From NCBI GenBank assembly GCA_044222475.1, contig JBGANF010000033.1, forward strand, positions 1 to 64,000: DNA of 64,000 bases. Direction: 5' to 3'. The notes beneath the pieces are model-generated. The model saw only the letters and a list, made by a program, of their open reading frames with translations. It was not told the origin of the DNA and ran no database searches. Of the stretch, positions 55,834 to 64,000 are shown piece by piece (position 1 is the first letter of the stretch; each line of letters starts with the position of its first letter). Position numbers and translations under genes: made by a program. The stretch is from Polyangiaceae bacterium (GTDB lineage: Bacteria; Myxococcota_A; Polyangia; Polyangiales; Polyangiaceae).

Positions 55834-56886
55834 ATGCGGGTCGCGATCATCGGGGCGGGAGTCATGGGCACGAGCGTCGCGCTCGCCCTGGCGGATCGTG
55901 GCATTCGCTCGATCGTCCTCGAGCGCGCCGTCCCTGGCGCCGAAGCCTCGAGCGCCGCCGCCGGGATCCTCGGCGCCCAGATCGAGTGCGACGAAGCCGG
56001 CCCCCACTTCGACGAGCTCCGCGCCGCCCGCGACGGCTTCGCCGAGCTCGCCGCTCGCCTTCGCAGCGAGACGTCGATAGATGTAGGATACAAGAAGTGC
56101 GGCGTCCTCGCCGTAGCCTTCGACTTGTCGACGGAGGAACGGCTACGTGCCCGGGTCGCCTGGCAGCGCGCCAAGGGCTGTCGCGCAGTCTGGCTCGACC
56201 CCACCGAAGCGCGCGCGCTCGAGCCCGAGCTCGCCGAGAACTTGCTCGGCGCCGCCCACTTCGAGGACGACGCCCAGGTCGAGCCGCCGATGCTGCTTCG
56301 AGCGTTCGTCAGCGCCATGCACGCGCGCACCGAGGTCGAGATCCGAAGCGGCGTCCTCGTCCGCGGTCTCGACATCGTCTCCGGCGTCTGCACCGGCGTC
56401 TCCACCGACGAGGGGCTCGTCTCCGCCGACGCGGTGGTCCTCGCCGCCGGCAGCTGGTCCGAGCTCGTCCCCGGGTACCCGGTCGCCGTCGGCGAGGTGA
56501 AGCCGGTCCGCGGCCAGCTCGCCGAGCTCGACGAGCGGCCCCCGCGCCTGCGGTCGATCGTCTTCGGCGCAGGCGGCTACCTCGTACCAAGGTGGGATGG
56601 CCGCGTCGTCTGCGGCGCCACGTCCGAGCACGTCGGATTCCGTCGCGAGGTCACTGCCGGCGGAGTGCACGCCGTGCTCCAGACCGCGATCCGACTCGCG
56701 CCGCGCCTCGCTTCGGCGCAGCTCAACCGCACGTGGTCGAACTTCCGGCCGTGGGCCAAGGCTCCGATCGTCGGTGCGTCACCCTTGCCCGGCCTCTACA
56801 TGGCGACTGGGCATCACCGAAACGGCATCCTCCTCTGCGCTCGAACCGGCGCCGCCGTCGCGGCCGCCATCGCGGGAAGCGCCTGA
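55834..56886 (+). CDS. thiO: Glycine oxidase ThiO (FAD-dependent, DAAO family)
   Basis: IIGAGVMG, ASSAAAGILG, VLAAGSWS, PVRGQ, YLVPR, TGHHRNGILL. Confidence 0.85.
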   Translation: MRVAIIGAGVMGTSVALALADRGIRSIVLERAVPGAEASSAAAGILGAQIECDEAGPHFDELRAARDGFAELAARLRSETSIDVGYKKCGVLAVAFDLSTEERLRARVAWQRAKGCRAVWLDPTEARALEPELAENLLGAAHFEDDAQVEPPMLLRAFVSAMHARTEVEIRSGVLVRGLDIVSGVCTGVSTDEGLVSADAVVLAAGSWSELVPGYPVAVGEVKPVRGQLAELDERPPRLRSIVFGAGGYLVPRWDGRVVCGATSEHVGFRREVTAGGVHAVLQTAIRLAPRLASAQLNRTWSNFRPWAKAPIVGASPLPGLYMATGHHRNGILLCARTGAAVAAAIAGSA

Positions 56887-56888
56887 CG

Positions 56889-58493
56889 ATGCGCCTGCGG
56901 AACCTGATCATCCTTCTCGCGTCGATGCTCGCGGTCGGCTTCTCGATCATCTTCTTGCTCCGCGATCGCAAGCGCAGCGGCATCAAGGCCGACGCGGAGC
57001 TCACGTACTCGCGGCTCGCCACCTGCCTCGTCGGCGCCGACGCGCGCGGCAAGCGATTCAAGGAGTCCCTCGCTGACGCGCAATCGCGCGAGGCCATCGA
57101 TCCGCGCGGCACCGACTGGCCGAAGCGCTGTCGCCAATACGTCGACGACGCGGCACGCGCGCACGACAAGGCCTTCGACACCGGCGTGATCGACGCGGAC
57201 GGCTCGCTGACGGTCGTCGCCGACGCGCTCGACAAAGGGCTCATGCCGCCCGAAGGTCCCCTCGACAGCCTCACGAAGCTGTGGACGTCGGTCCCCTCCG
57301 AGGTGCCGCAGCCCCGCGCGCGCCCGCCGCTCGCGAAGGTCGCCGCGCTCGCTCCCATGCACACCGTGATGCCGACGGCGCAGATCGGCGACGTCGACCT
57401 CGCCGGCTCGACGCTCCACGTCACGCTCAAGGCCAACAACGATCGCGACCCGCCCCGCGTCGCGTGCGACTTCGATCCGAAGCTCGAGAGCGTCACGTGC
57501 GCGGTTCCCCCGGTGGCACCCATCTTCGACGTCCTCGCTCGCGGTCGCGGGGTCGAGCCCCTCTACGTGAAGCTCGACGAAGAGACGCGCTCCGTCGTGA
57601 TCGACGGCAAGGGCACCGAGATCGTCCGCATGCCGAGCTACGGCTACGGCTTCGCCTTCGTCGACGGACGGATCGCGGTGCTCAGCAAAGGAGGCGAGGG
57701 CTCTGCCGATCGGCTCCTCTTCCTCCGCGAGGCCAGCGGCGCGGTGACCACGCGATCGATCAGCGGCATCGCCGATCGCTTTCGCTCGGCCGGGAGCTGG
57801 ATCCTCTGGAAGGAGTCGAACCCAGACGACCGCACCGCACCGGCGAAGGTCCGCGCGTTCGATCTCGCCGCGTCGGATGGTCCGCTCGATCTCGGCCCGG
57901 TCGAGCGCCGCAGCGAAGGCGGAACCAGCACCGGCGACTGTCGCACCGACTCGCACGTCTTCGTCGACCTGAGCCCGGCGCTCGCAGTGCGCGATCCCGA
58001 GCACGGGTGGAGCCTCGTCGAGGAGGCGCCGCGCCCGCAGTACGGCAACCGCACGATGACCTGCGCGGGCGACACGGTGCGCATCGTCGACGCCTCGAAC
58101 AAGGGAGTCACCGTCCAGACCTGCAGCGCCGGTGGGTGCACGAAGAAGGAAGTGACCGTCGCAGTCGACCCTCACGACTTCCACGCCGTCGCCGTGGGCA
58201 GTGACGTTCTCCTCATGTGGACCCAGGAGCACAGCCTGTACGCACTCCGCGGACCGCTCGAGAAGCTTCCCGACGCACCGGTCGAGGAGCTCGTCCACGG
58301 CGACGTCCCGCTCGACTTCGCCCACGCCTTCGTCGCTCCGGGGATCGGCTTCGGTGGAGGCCCTGCACCCGTGCAGTCGGTGGTGCCGACGCCCGAAGGC
58401 ACCGTCGTGTTCCTCATGAACCACGACGCGCCGACGCTCTACGCGATCGTCGTTCCGCCGGCGGGACCGGCGCGCGCTCTCGTGACACACTGA
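56889..58493 (+). CDS. Hypothetical membrane-anchored/secreted protein (paralog of 51272-52906)
   Basis: MRLRNLIILLASMLAVGFSIIFLL anchor; motifs shared with 51272-52906. Confidence 0.75.
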   Translation: MRLRNLIILLASMLAVGFSIIFLLRDRKRSGIKADAELTYSRLATCLVGADARGKRFKESLADAQSREAIDPRGTDWPKRCRQYVDDAARAHDKAFDTGVIDADGSLTVVADALDKGLMPPEGPLDSLTKLWTSVPSEVPQPRARPPLAKVAALAPMHTVMPTAQIGDVDLAGSTLHVTLKANNDRDPPRVACDFDPKLESVTCAVPPVAPIFDVLARGRGVEPLYVKLDEETRSVVIDGKGTEIVRMPSYGYGFAFVDGRIAVLSKGGEGSADRLLFLREASGAVTTRSISGIADRFRSAGSWILWKESNPDDRTAPAKVRAFDLAASDGPLDLGPVERRSEGGTSTGDCRTDSHVFVDLSPALAVRDPEHGWSLVEEAPRPQYGNRTMTCAGDTVRIVDASNKGVTVQTCSAGGCTKKEVTVAVDPHDFHAVAVGSDVLLMWTQEHSLYALRGPLEKLPDAPVEELVHGDVPLDFAHAFVAPGIGFGGGPAPVQSVVPTPEGTVVFLMNHDAPTLYAIVVPPAGPARALVTH

Positions 58494-58497
58494 GGCC

Positions 58498-59853
58498 ATG
58501 CGCGTTCGCTTGGTCAACACTGCCCTCGCGGGTTTCGCCGTCGCAGCAGCCGCGTGCAGCGACTCGGACTCCGTGACGCCGGTCCCGGACGGCGGTACCG
58601 ACTCCGCGATCGACGCAGTGGTCGACGCCGGCCCGCCCGAGGTCCTGCTCCCGCGCACCGGCATCACCGCGAGCGAGCTCGGCGTGCTCGTCAACGACGA
58701 CGACCCGCTCTCGGTCGACATCGCGGCCTACTACGTCCAGAAGCGCGCGATCCCGGCGGCCAACGTCGTGCATCTGAAGGTGCCCAATGCGTCCGACGTC
58801 CTCACGGACGTCCAGCTCGCGCCGTTGAAGTCGCAGGTCGATTCCGCGCTCGCGAGCACGTCGGTGCAAGCGCTGGCGATCACGTGGACCAAGCCGTACC
58901 GCGCCGGGAACATGGCGATCACGAGCGCGTTCGCTCTCGGCTACGTCGCCATCGGAAACGACACCTGCGACGACGTGCTCGCCAAGTCGGGAACCACGAA
59001 CCCGTACATGAAGAACCGCACGTCGACGTCGCCGTTCACCGACCTGAAATTCCGCCCCGCGATGACGATCGCCGCGACGACGCTCGACGAGGCGAAGAAG
59101 CTCATCGATCGCGGCGTCGCCTCCGACGACACGTGGCCCACCGGCACCGCGTACCTCATGAGCACGAGCGACGCGATCCGCAGCGCCCGCTGCGTGCTCG
59201 AGCCGAAGTTCGGCTACATCAACGAGTGCCAGAAGTTCCTCAATACGTGGGACGTCGTCGGCACCGGGATTCCCGCGTCGATCGTCTCCGCGGATTCGAT
59301 CGAGGGAAAGACCGACGTCCTCTTCTACGTGCAGGGCCTCGCGAGCGTCCCGAAGATCGACACGAACACGTACTTGCCCGGCGCGATCGCCGATCACCTC
59401 ACGTCCTACGGTGGACAGATCCCGACGTCGGGTCAGATGAGCGCGTTCAAGTGGCTCCAGGCCGGCGCGACCGGGAGCTTCGGCACCGTCGTCGAGCCGT
59501 GCGCGTACCAAGAGAAGTTCCCCGATCCGCGCGTCGTGATCCCGGCGTACTTCGGCGGCGCGACGCTGGTCGAGGCGTACTGGAAGTCGGTCGCTTGGCC
59601 GGCCGAGGGCATCTTCATCGGCGAGCCCCTCGCGCGCCCGTTCGGCACCGGCTTTCACACCAAGTTCGAGAACGGGACGCTCACGATCGAGACGACGGCG
59701 ATGGTCCCGGGTCGCACGTACCTCATCGAAGCCGCGGACTCGTCGGCCGGCCCATGGACGACCGTGCAGTCCGGATTGGTCGTGCCGCGCTACAAGAAGT
59801 CGACCTTCGTCGTCCCGAACGCCGACCGTCGAGCGTACCGGTTCCGCGAATAG
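58498..59853 (+). CDS. TIGR03790-like lipoprotein
   Basis: AAAC lipobox; LGVLVNDDDPLS..IAAYY..R.IP, PGAIADHLTSYGG, WLQAGATGSFGTVVEP, FIGEPLARPF. Confidence 0.78.
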   Translation: MRVRLVNTALAGFAVAAAACSDSDSVTPVPDGGTDSAIDAVVDAGPPEVLLPRTGITASELGVLVNDDDPLSVDIAAYYVQKRAIPAANVVHLKVPNASDVLTDVQLAPLKSQVDSALASTSVQALAITWTKPYRAGNMAITSAFALGYVAIGNDTCDDVLAKSGTTNPYMKNRTSTSPFTDLKFRPAMTIAATTLDEAKKLIDRGVASDDTWPTGTAYLMSTSDAIRSARCVLEPKFGYINECQKFLNTWDVVGTGIPASIVSADSIEGKTDVLFYVQGLASVPKIDTNTYLPGAIADHLTSYGGQIPTSGQMSAFKWLQAGATGSFGTVVEPCAYQEKFPDPRVVIPAYFGGATLVEAYWKSVAWPAEGIFIGEPLARPFGTGFHTKFENGTLTIETTAMVPGRTYLIEAADSSAGPWTTVQSGLVVPRYKKSTFVVPNADRRAYRFRE

Positions 59854-59892
59854 CGTCTGGACGCGGGGCTTCGGGCGACGCACATTGGCTCC

Positions 59893-61131
59893 GTGGCCGA
59901 AGTCGACCCGAAGAAGCCGATCGCCGAATCCATTCGCCGGCTCGAACAGCTGCTCGACCTCCTGCCCGGGGGCACGGCCAAGGACCTGAAGGTCAAGATC
60001 GCCGAGGTGCGGCGCACGCTCCTCGAGCCGCGCGCTCCGGCGCTCGTGCTCGTGGGTCGCCGGGGCTCGGGCAAGTCGTCGGTCGTGAACGCGCTCTTCG
60101 GGAAGAAGATCGCCGAGGTCGGTCACGTGAAGGCGCAAACCGGCGCGGGCAAGTGGTTCGACTACTCGTCCGACCTCGGCGCGCTCTCCATCCTCGACAC
60201 GCGCGGCCTGCAAGAGGGCTCGGCTCCGGTCGAGGCGGACGAGGCCGAGACGCCGATGAAGTCGATCCTCGTCGCGATCGGCAAGAAGGCGCCCGACATG
60301 GTGCTCTTCGTCGTTCGCGCGTTCGACGTCGACTCGGCGATCGACAAGGACATCGAACACCTCGAAGAGATCCTGCGCGCGTGCCAGCGTCAGCACGGCA
60401 GCACGCCGCCGGTGTTCGCGGTGCTGACTCACGCCGACGTGCTCGAGCCGAAGGACGTGAGCTTCCGCACCGCGCCCGACTCGCGCGACAAGGACGAGAA
60501 GCTCGCCCACCTCAAGCTCGCGGAGCGCACCCTCGACGACAAGCTCCACGCGCACGCGCGCATCTCTCCTCACATGATCCAGACGCTCGGCGTCTCGGCG
60601 TACCTCTCGTTCCGCGAAGACGGGACGATCCGTACCGACGATCGCTTTCGCATCGACGATCTCGCGACCCAGATCTTCGCGAAGCTCCCGGCCGAAGGGC
60701 GCGGCGTGTTCGCCCGCGTCGCTCAGGTCGTGAGCGTCCAAGAAGAGCTCGCGATGGATCTCACCAAGGCCGTCGCCGGCGTGTGCGCGGCGATCGCGGC
60801 GGTGCCGATCCCCATCGCCGACGTGTTCCCGATCACGAGCGCGCAGCTCAGCCTCGTCGCCGGCATCGCGTGGATCGGCGGCCGCACGATGGATACGAAG
60901 ACCGCTGGCGAGTTCCTCGCGGCGATGGGCGTCAACGTCGGCGTCGCGTTCGCGTTCCGCGAGACGGCGCGCGCGCTCGTCAAATACGTGTTCCCGGGCG
61001 CTGGCTCGGTGGTGAGCGGTGCGGTCGCCTTCGCCGGCACGATGGCGATCGGTCGCGCGGCGACCGCGTATTTCGTGCGCAAGGTCGGCCTCGAGGAGGC
61101 GAAGCGCCTCTTCAAGGAGTCGCGCGACTGA
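59893..61131 (+). CDS. Era/MMR_HSR1-like GTPase with C-terminal DUF697-like hydrophobic region
   Basis: GRRGSGKSS (G1), DTRG (G3), THAD (G4-like); AAVPIPIADVFPITSAQ. Confidence 0.8.
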   Translation: MAEVDPKKPIAESIRRLEQLLDLLPGGTAKDLKVKIAEVRRTLLEPRAPALVLVGRRGSGKSSVVNALFGKKIAEVGHVKAQTGAGKWFDYSSDLGALSILDTRGLQEGSAPVEADEAETPMKSILVAIGKKAPDMVLFVVRAFDVDSAIDKDIEHLEEILRACQRQHGSTPPVFAVLTHADVLEPKDVSFRTAPDSRDKDEKLAHLKLAERTLDDKLHAHARISPHMIQTLGVSAYLSFREDGTIRTDDRFRIDDLATQIFAKLPAEGRGVFARVAQVVSVQEELAMDLTKAVAGVCAAIAAVPIPIADVFPITSAQLSLVAGIAWIGGRTMDTKTAGEFLAAMGVNVGVAFAFRETARALVKYVFPGAGSVVSGAVAFAGTMAIGRAATAYFVRKVGLEEAKRLFKESRD

Positions 61132-62377
61132 CCGGCTCGCCGCGCCCGAAGCCCCACTTCAGGGCGGTCGGGGTCACGAGCGTCGTCACGACGACGACCA
61201 TCACGAGCGCGGAGTAGCCATTGCCATCGAGCAGCGGCGCACCGTCGATCATCGTCGCCGCGCCGATGCTCGCGAAGATGAGCGTGACCTCTCCGCGGGG
61301 GATCATGCCGAACGCGATCGCGAGGCGGTTCGTGCCGGCCTTCGGTCCCGCCGCGCAGGCGAGCTTGCCGACGATGGCGGCTCCGCCGAGCGCCGCGGCG
61401 AGGACGAGCGTCTGCGGGTGAGCGAACGCGCGGACGTCGGCACGTACGCCCATGACGACGAAGAAGATCGGGACGAGGAAGCCGGAGATCGGCTCCACCA
61501 GCTCGCTGAGCGATCGCTCGCCGCGCGCGACGAACCGCGCGGAGTGAAGGTCCTCGAGGACGAGGCCGGCAGCGAACGCTCCGATGAGCGGCGCGAGACC
61601 GATGAGCGACGCCGCCCACGCGAGGAAGAAGCAGAACGCGAGGCCGAACGCGAGGAGCGCGCCGCTCGTACGGAGCTTCGCCGCGACGCCGAAGAGGCGC
61701 GGCGTCACCTTGACGCCTACCGCGACGGCGATCGCCAGGAAGCCGACCGTCTTTCCGATCGTGATGGCGAGAGACAGCGGGCTCACCTTGCCACCGCCGC
61801 CGCCGGAGGCGGCGGTGACCCAGCCGGTGACGAGCCCGAGGACGACGAGGCCGAGGATGTCGTCGATGACGGCGGCGCCGAGAATGGTGCGGGCTTCGAT
61901 GCTCTTGGTCTGGCCCAGGTCCTTGAAGACGCGAGCCGTGATCCCGACGCTCGTCGCGGTGATCGACGCGGCGACGAACACGCGCGTGAGGGTGCTCGCG
62001 CCAGGGAGCACGAGGTACGTGACGAGCCACGCCGCGACGACCGTGCCGATGGTGCCGAGGACCGCCACCCGCACCGCGGCTGCGCCGACTGCGAGCACGT
62101 CGCGGACCGTCGATTGGAGCCCGACCTCGAACAGGAGGACCAACACGGCGAGCTGGGACAACATGTCGATCGCCGCGTGGGCGCCGAGCCCGTGAAGCGC
62201 GCCGAGCGGAACGTTGCCGAGGACGATCCCGGCGAGCAGCTCACCGAGCACTGGAGGCTGCTTCAGGCGGGTCGCGATCTCGCCCCCGAGCTTCGCGGCC
62301 ACGAGCACGACGCCGAGGAGGAGCGCGACGTGCGCTACGTCACCCGAGCCCGTGACGGGCTCGGCGGCATCGACCAT
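61112..62377 (-). CDS. Cation:proton antiporter (CPA2 family)
   Basis: QPPVLGELLAGI, LLFEVGL, ATSVGI, AAVIDD, IGAFAAG, PIFFV, GMIPRGEV; many TM helices. Confidence 0.9.
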   Translation of the reverse strand: MVDAAEPVTGSGDVAHVALLLGVVLVAAKLGGEIATRLKQPPVLGELLAGIVLGNVPLGALHGLGAHAAIDMLSQLAVLVLLFEVGLQSTVRDVLAVGAAAVRVAVLGTIGTVVAAWLVTYLVLPGASTLTRVFVAASITATSVGITARVFKDLGQTKSIEARTILGAAVIDDILGLVVLGLVTGWVTAASGGGGGKVSPLSLAITIGKTVGFLAIAVAVGVKVTPRLFGVAAKLRTSGALLAFGLAFCFFLAWAASLIGLAPLIGAFAAGLVLEDLHSARFVARGERSLSELVEPISGFLVPIFFVVMGVRADVRAFAHPQTLVLAAALGGAAIVGKLACAAGPKAGTNRLAIAFGMIPRGEVTLIFASIGAATMIDGAPLLDGNGYSALVMVVVVTTLVTPTALKWGFGRGEPVSRATP

Positions 62378-62439
62378 CAGCGCACCGAGAAACACGCTCC
62401 ACTATCAACGCGCCCGTCGATGCAGTCATCAAAAACCGG

Positions 62440-63150
62440 TCAAGCGTCCGGCACCCGCAGTCGATATCCCACGCCTTGCTCCGTAATGACGAGCTTCGGG
62501 CGCGCCGGGTCCTCTTCGATCTTCTTGCGCAGCTCGCCCATGTAGACGCGGACGTAGTGGGTCTGGCCTGCGTGCGGGGGGCCCCACACGTCCATCAGGA
62601 TCTGCCGGTGCGTGAGCACTTTGCCGGCGTGCTTCGCGAGGAGGACCAAGAGCCGGTACTCGATCGGCGTGAGGTGGATCTCCTTGCCGTCGCGGGTGAC
62701 GACGCGCGCCGCGAGATCGATCCTCAGCGGCCCGACCTCGAGCACCGACGTCGCCGCCCCGGCGTCGCGCGCCGAGTTGGCGTGGCGAAGGGCGACGCGG
62801 ATCCGCGCCATGAGCTCGCCGGTCCCGAAGGGCTTGGTCAGGTAGTCGTCTGCGCCGGCGTCGAGCGCGGCGACCTTGTCGCCTTCGCGCTCGCGCGCCG
62901 AGATGACGATGATGGGAACGCGGCTCCACTCGCGGATCGCGCGGAGGACCTCGAGGCCGTCGCCGTCGGGCAGACCCAGGTCGAGGAGGATCAGCTCGGG
63001 CACGTGCGTCGTCGCTGCGACGGCCGCGGCGGCCGCGTTCGCCGCCTCGATCACCTGAAAGCCGTGGGGCGCGAGCGCGGCGCGGAGGAACTTGCGCAGC
63101 TGCGTTTCGTCCTCGACGACGAGGACGATCGGCTTGTTCGTCGAGGTCAT
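62440..63150 (-). CDS. kdpE: KdpE-like OmpR-family response regulator
   Basis: VVEDE, LDLGLPDGDG, KVAALDAGADDYLTKPF, HLTPIEY, GKVLTHRQIL, LRKKIE.DPARP. Confidence 0.85.
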   Translation of the reverse strand: MTSTNKPIVLVVEDETQLRKFLRAALAPHGFQVIEAANAAAAAVAATTHVPELILLDLGLPDGDGLEVLRAIREWSRVPIIVISAREREGDKVAALDAGADDYLTKPFGTGELMARIRVALRHANSARDAGAATSVLEVGPLRIDLAARVVTRDGKEIHLTPIEYRLLVLLAKHAGKVLTHRQILMDVWGPPHAGQTHYVRVYMGELRKKIEEDPARPKLVITEQGVGYRLRVPDA

Positions 63151-64000
63151 GGCGTCGCCTCTGCCGGAGCCTTCGGCGCCGCGCCCGCATCGGGGATGCG
63201 GAGGACGATCTCGGCGCCGCCGCCTTCGCGGTTGTGGGCCTCGACGCTGCCGCCGTGGACGCGCAGCACTCCACGCACGATCGCCAGGCCGAGGCCCGCC
63301 CCGGGCGCGTCCGTGCCGCGGTGGAATTTCTCGAAGACCTTCGACTCCTCTCCGGGGCGAAATCCCGGTCCGCGGTCGGCGACGGTCACCTCGACGAAGC
63401 GCGCGGGCGCGTCGCCGGTGGTGCGGGCGGAGACCTCGATGGCGCTCCCTTCCGGCGTGTGCTTCGCCGCGTTCTCGAAGAGGTTCACGAAGACCTGCTC
63501 GAGCAGGACCGGATCGACTCGGAGGAGCGGGAGCTTCGGAGGGAGCGTAGTCGTCACCGTTCGTCCTTCGAGCTTCTTCTCGAGGCGGGTGAGAGCGGAC
63601 CCCACGATCTCCTCCAGCGGAACCCACTCGACACGCAGGTCGACGTTCTTGCCGGCTTCGAGGCGGGTCATGTCGAGCAAGTTGCGCACGAGTCGGTCCA
63701 TGCGCTCGGCCTCTTCGGCGATCGCATCGAGGAGCTCCGTTCGTTCGCCGTCGCCGAGCTTGCTCGCGTCCTCGCGCAGCGTCGACGCGGCGCCGGTGAT
63801 GGTGGCGAGGGGCGTGCGCAAGTCGTGCGACACCGCCGAGAGCAGCGAGCTGCGGATCTCCTCCGTCTGCGCTCGGAGCGCGGCGTCCCGCGCCGCGAGC
63901 TCATTGCGTCGCGCGCGCGCGGTGAGCTCGGCGATGAGGATGCCGAGGACGAACATCATCGCGAACGTCACGAGGTGGTGCGTGTCGGAGACGGCGAACG
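63147..64000 (-). CDS. kdpD: KdpD-like sensor histidine kinase (C-terminal part; 5' end outside the window)
   Basis: TM ending VTFAMMF; AVSHDLRTPL (H-box), NLFENAAKH, DRGPG, FEKF, GLGLAI; ATGA overlap with the regulator. Confidence 0.78.
   Translation of the reverse strand, partial: FAVSDTHHLVTFAMMFVLGILIAELTARARRNELAARDAALRAQTEEIRSSLLSAVSHDLRTPLATITGAASTLREDASKLGDGERTELLDAIAEEAERMDRLVRNLLDMTRLEAGKNVDLRVEWVPLEEIVGSALTRLEKKLEGRTVTTTLPPKLPLLRVDPVLLEQVFVNLFENAAKHTPEGSAIEVSARTTGDAPARFVEVTVADRGPGFRPGEESKVFEKFHRGTDAPGAGLGLAIVRGVLRVHGGSVEAHNREGGGAEIVLRIPDAGAAPKAPAEATP

Overview
High-GC bacterial chromosomal DNA, most likely Myxococcota (Polyangiaceae/Sorangium-like). This rests on four Hanks-type Ser/Thr kinases, MYXO-CTERM-like C-terminal tails, many Cys-rich lipoproteins and sigma-54 promoters. 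About 50 protein-coding genes are supported. Housekeeping genes include ettA, rlmE, rplC, rplS, a Bcp-type peroxiredoxin, an M3 oligoendopeptidase, panE, thiO and a KdpD/KdpE-like pair. There are two efflux/ABC modules and many secreted or membrane proteins of unknown function. I found no rRNA, tRNA, CRISPR array, transposase, integrase or reverse transcriptase. The most unusual locus is a closely packed minus-strand run at 42172-51149. It holds four tandem paralogous DUF2330-like surface proteins, each with a CxxC-TM-Arg sorting tail, followed by a translationally coupled five-heme c-type cytochrome/TPR lipoprotein. The paralogs keep a conserved scaffold but differ at two fixed hypervariable sites, and one carries an AgmX/GltG-like C-terminal-type domain. 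Other points of interest are stand-alone rplC and rplS outside their canonical operons, two small paralogous zinc-ribbon/lipobox/YG-motif proteins, a MutS-ATPase-only gene, an exact in-frame 33-bp duplication in a kinase, several long palindromic intergenic elements and a recurring GTCCC(A/G)-N3-TGGGAC palindrome. Family names come from motif recognition by eye, not database searches. Most long antisense ORFs in the track are GC-rich shadow ORFs.
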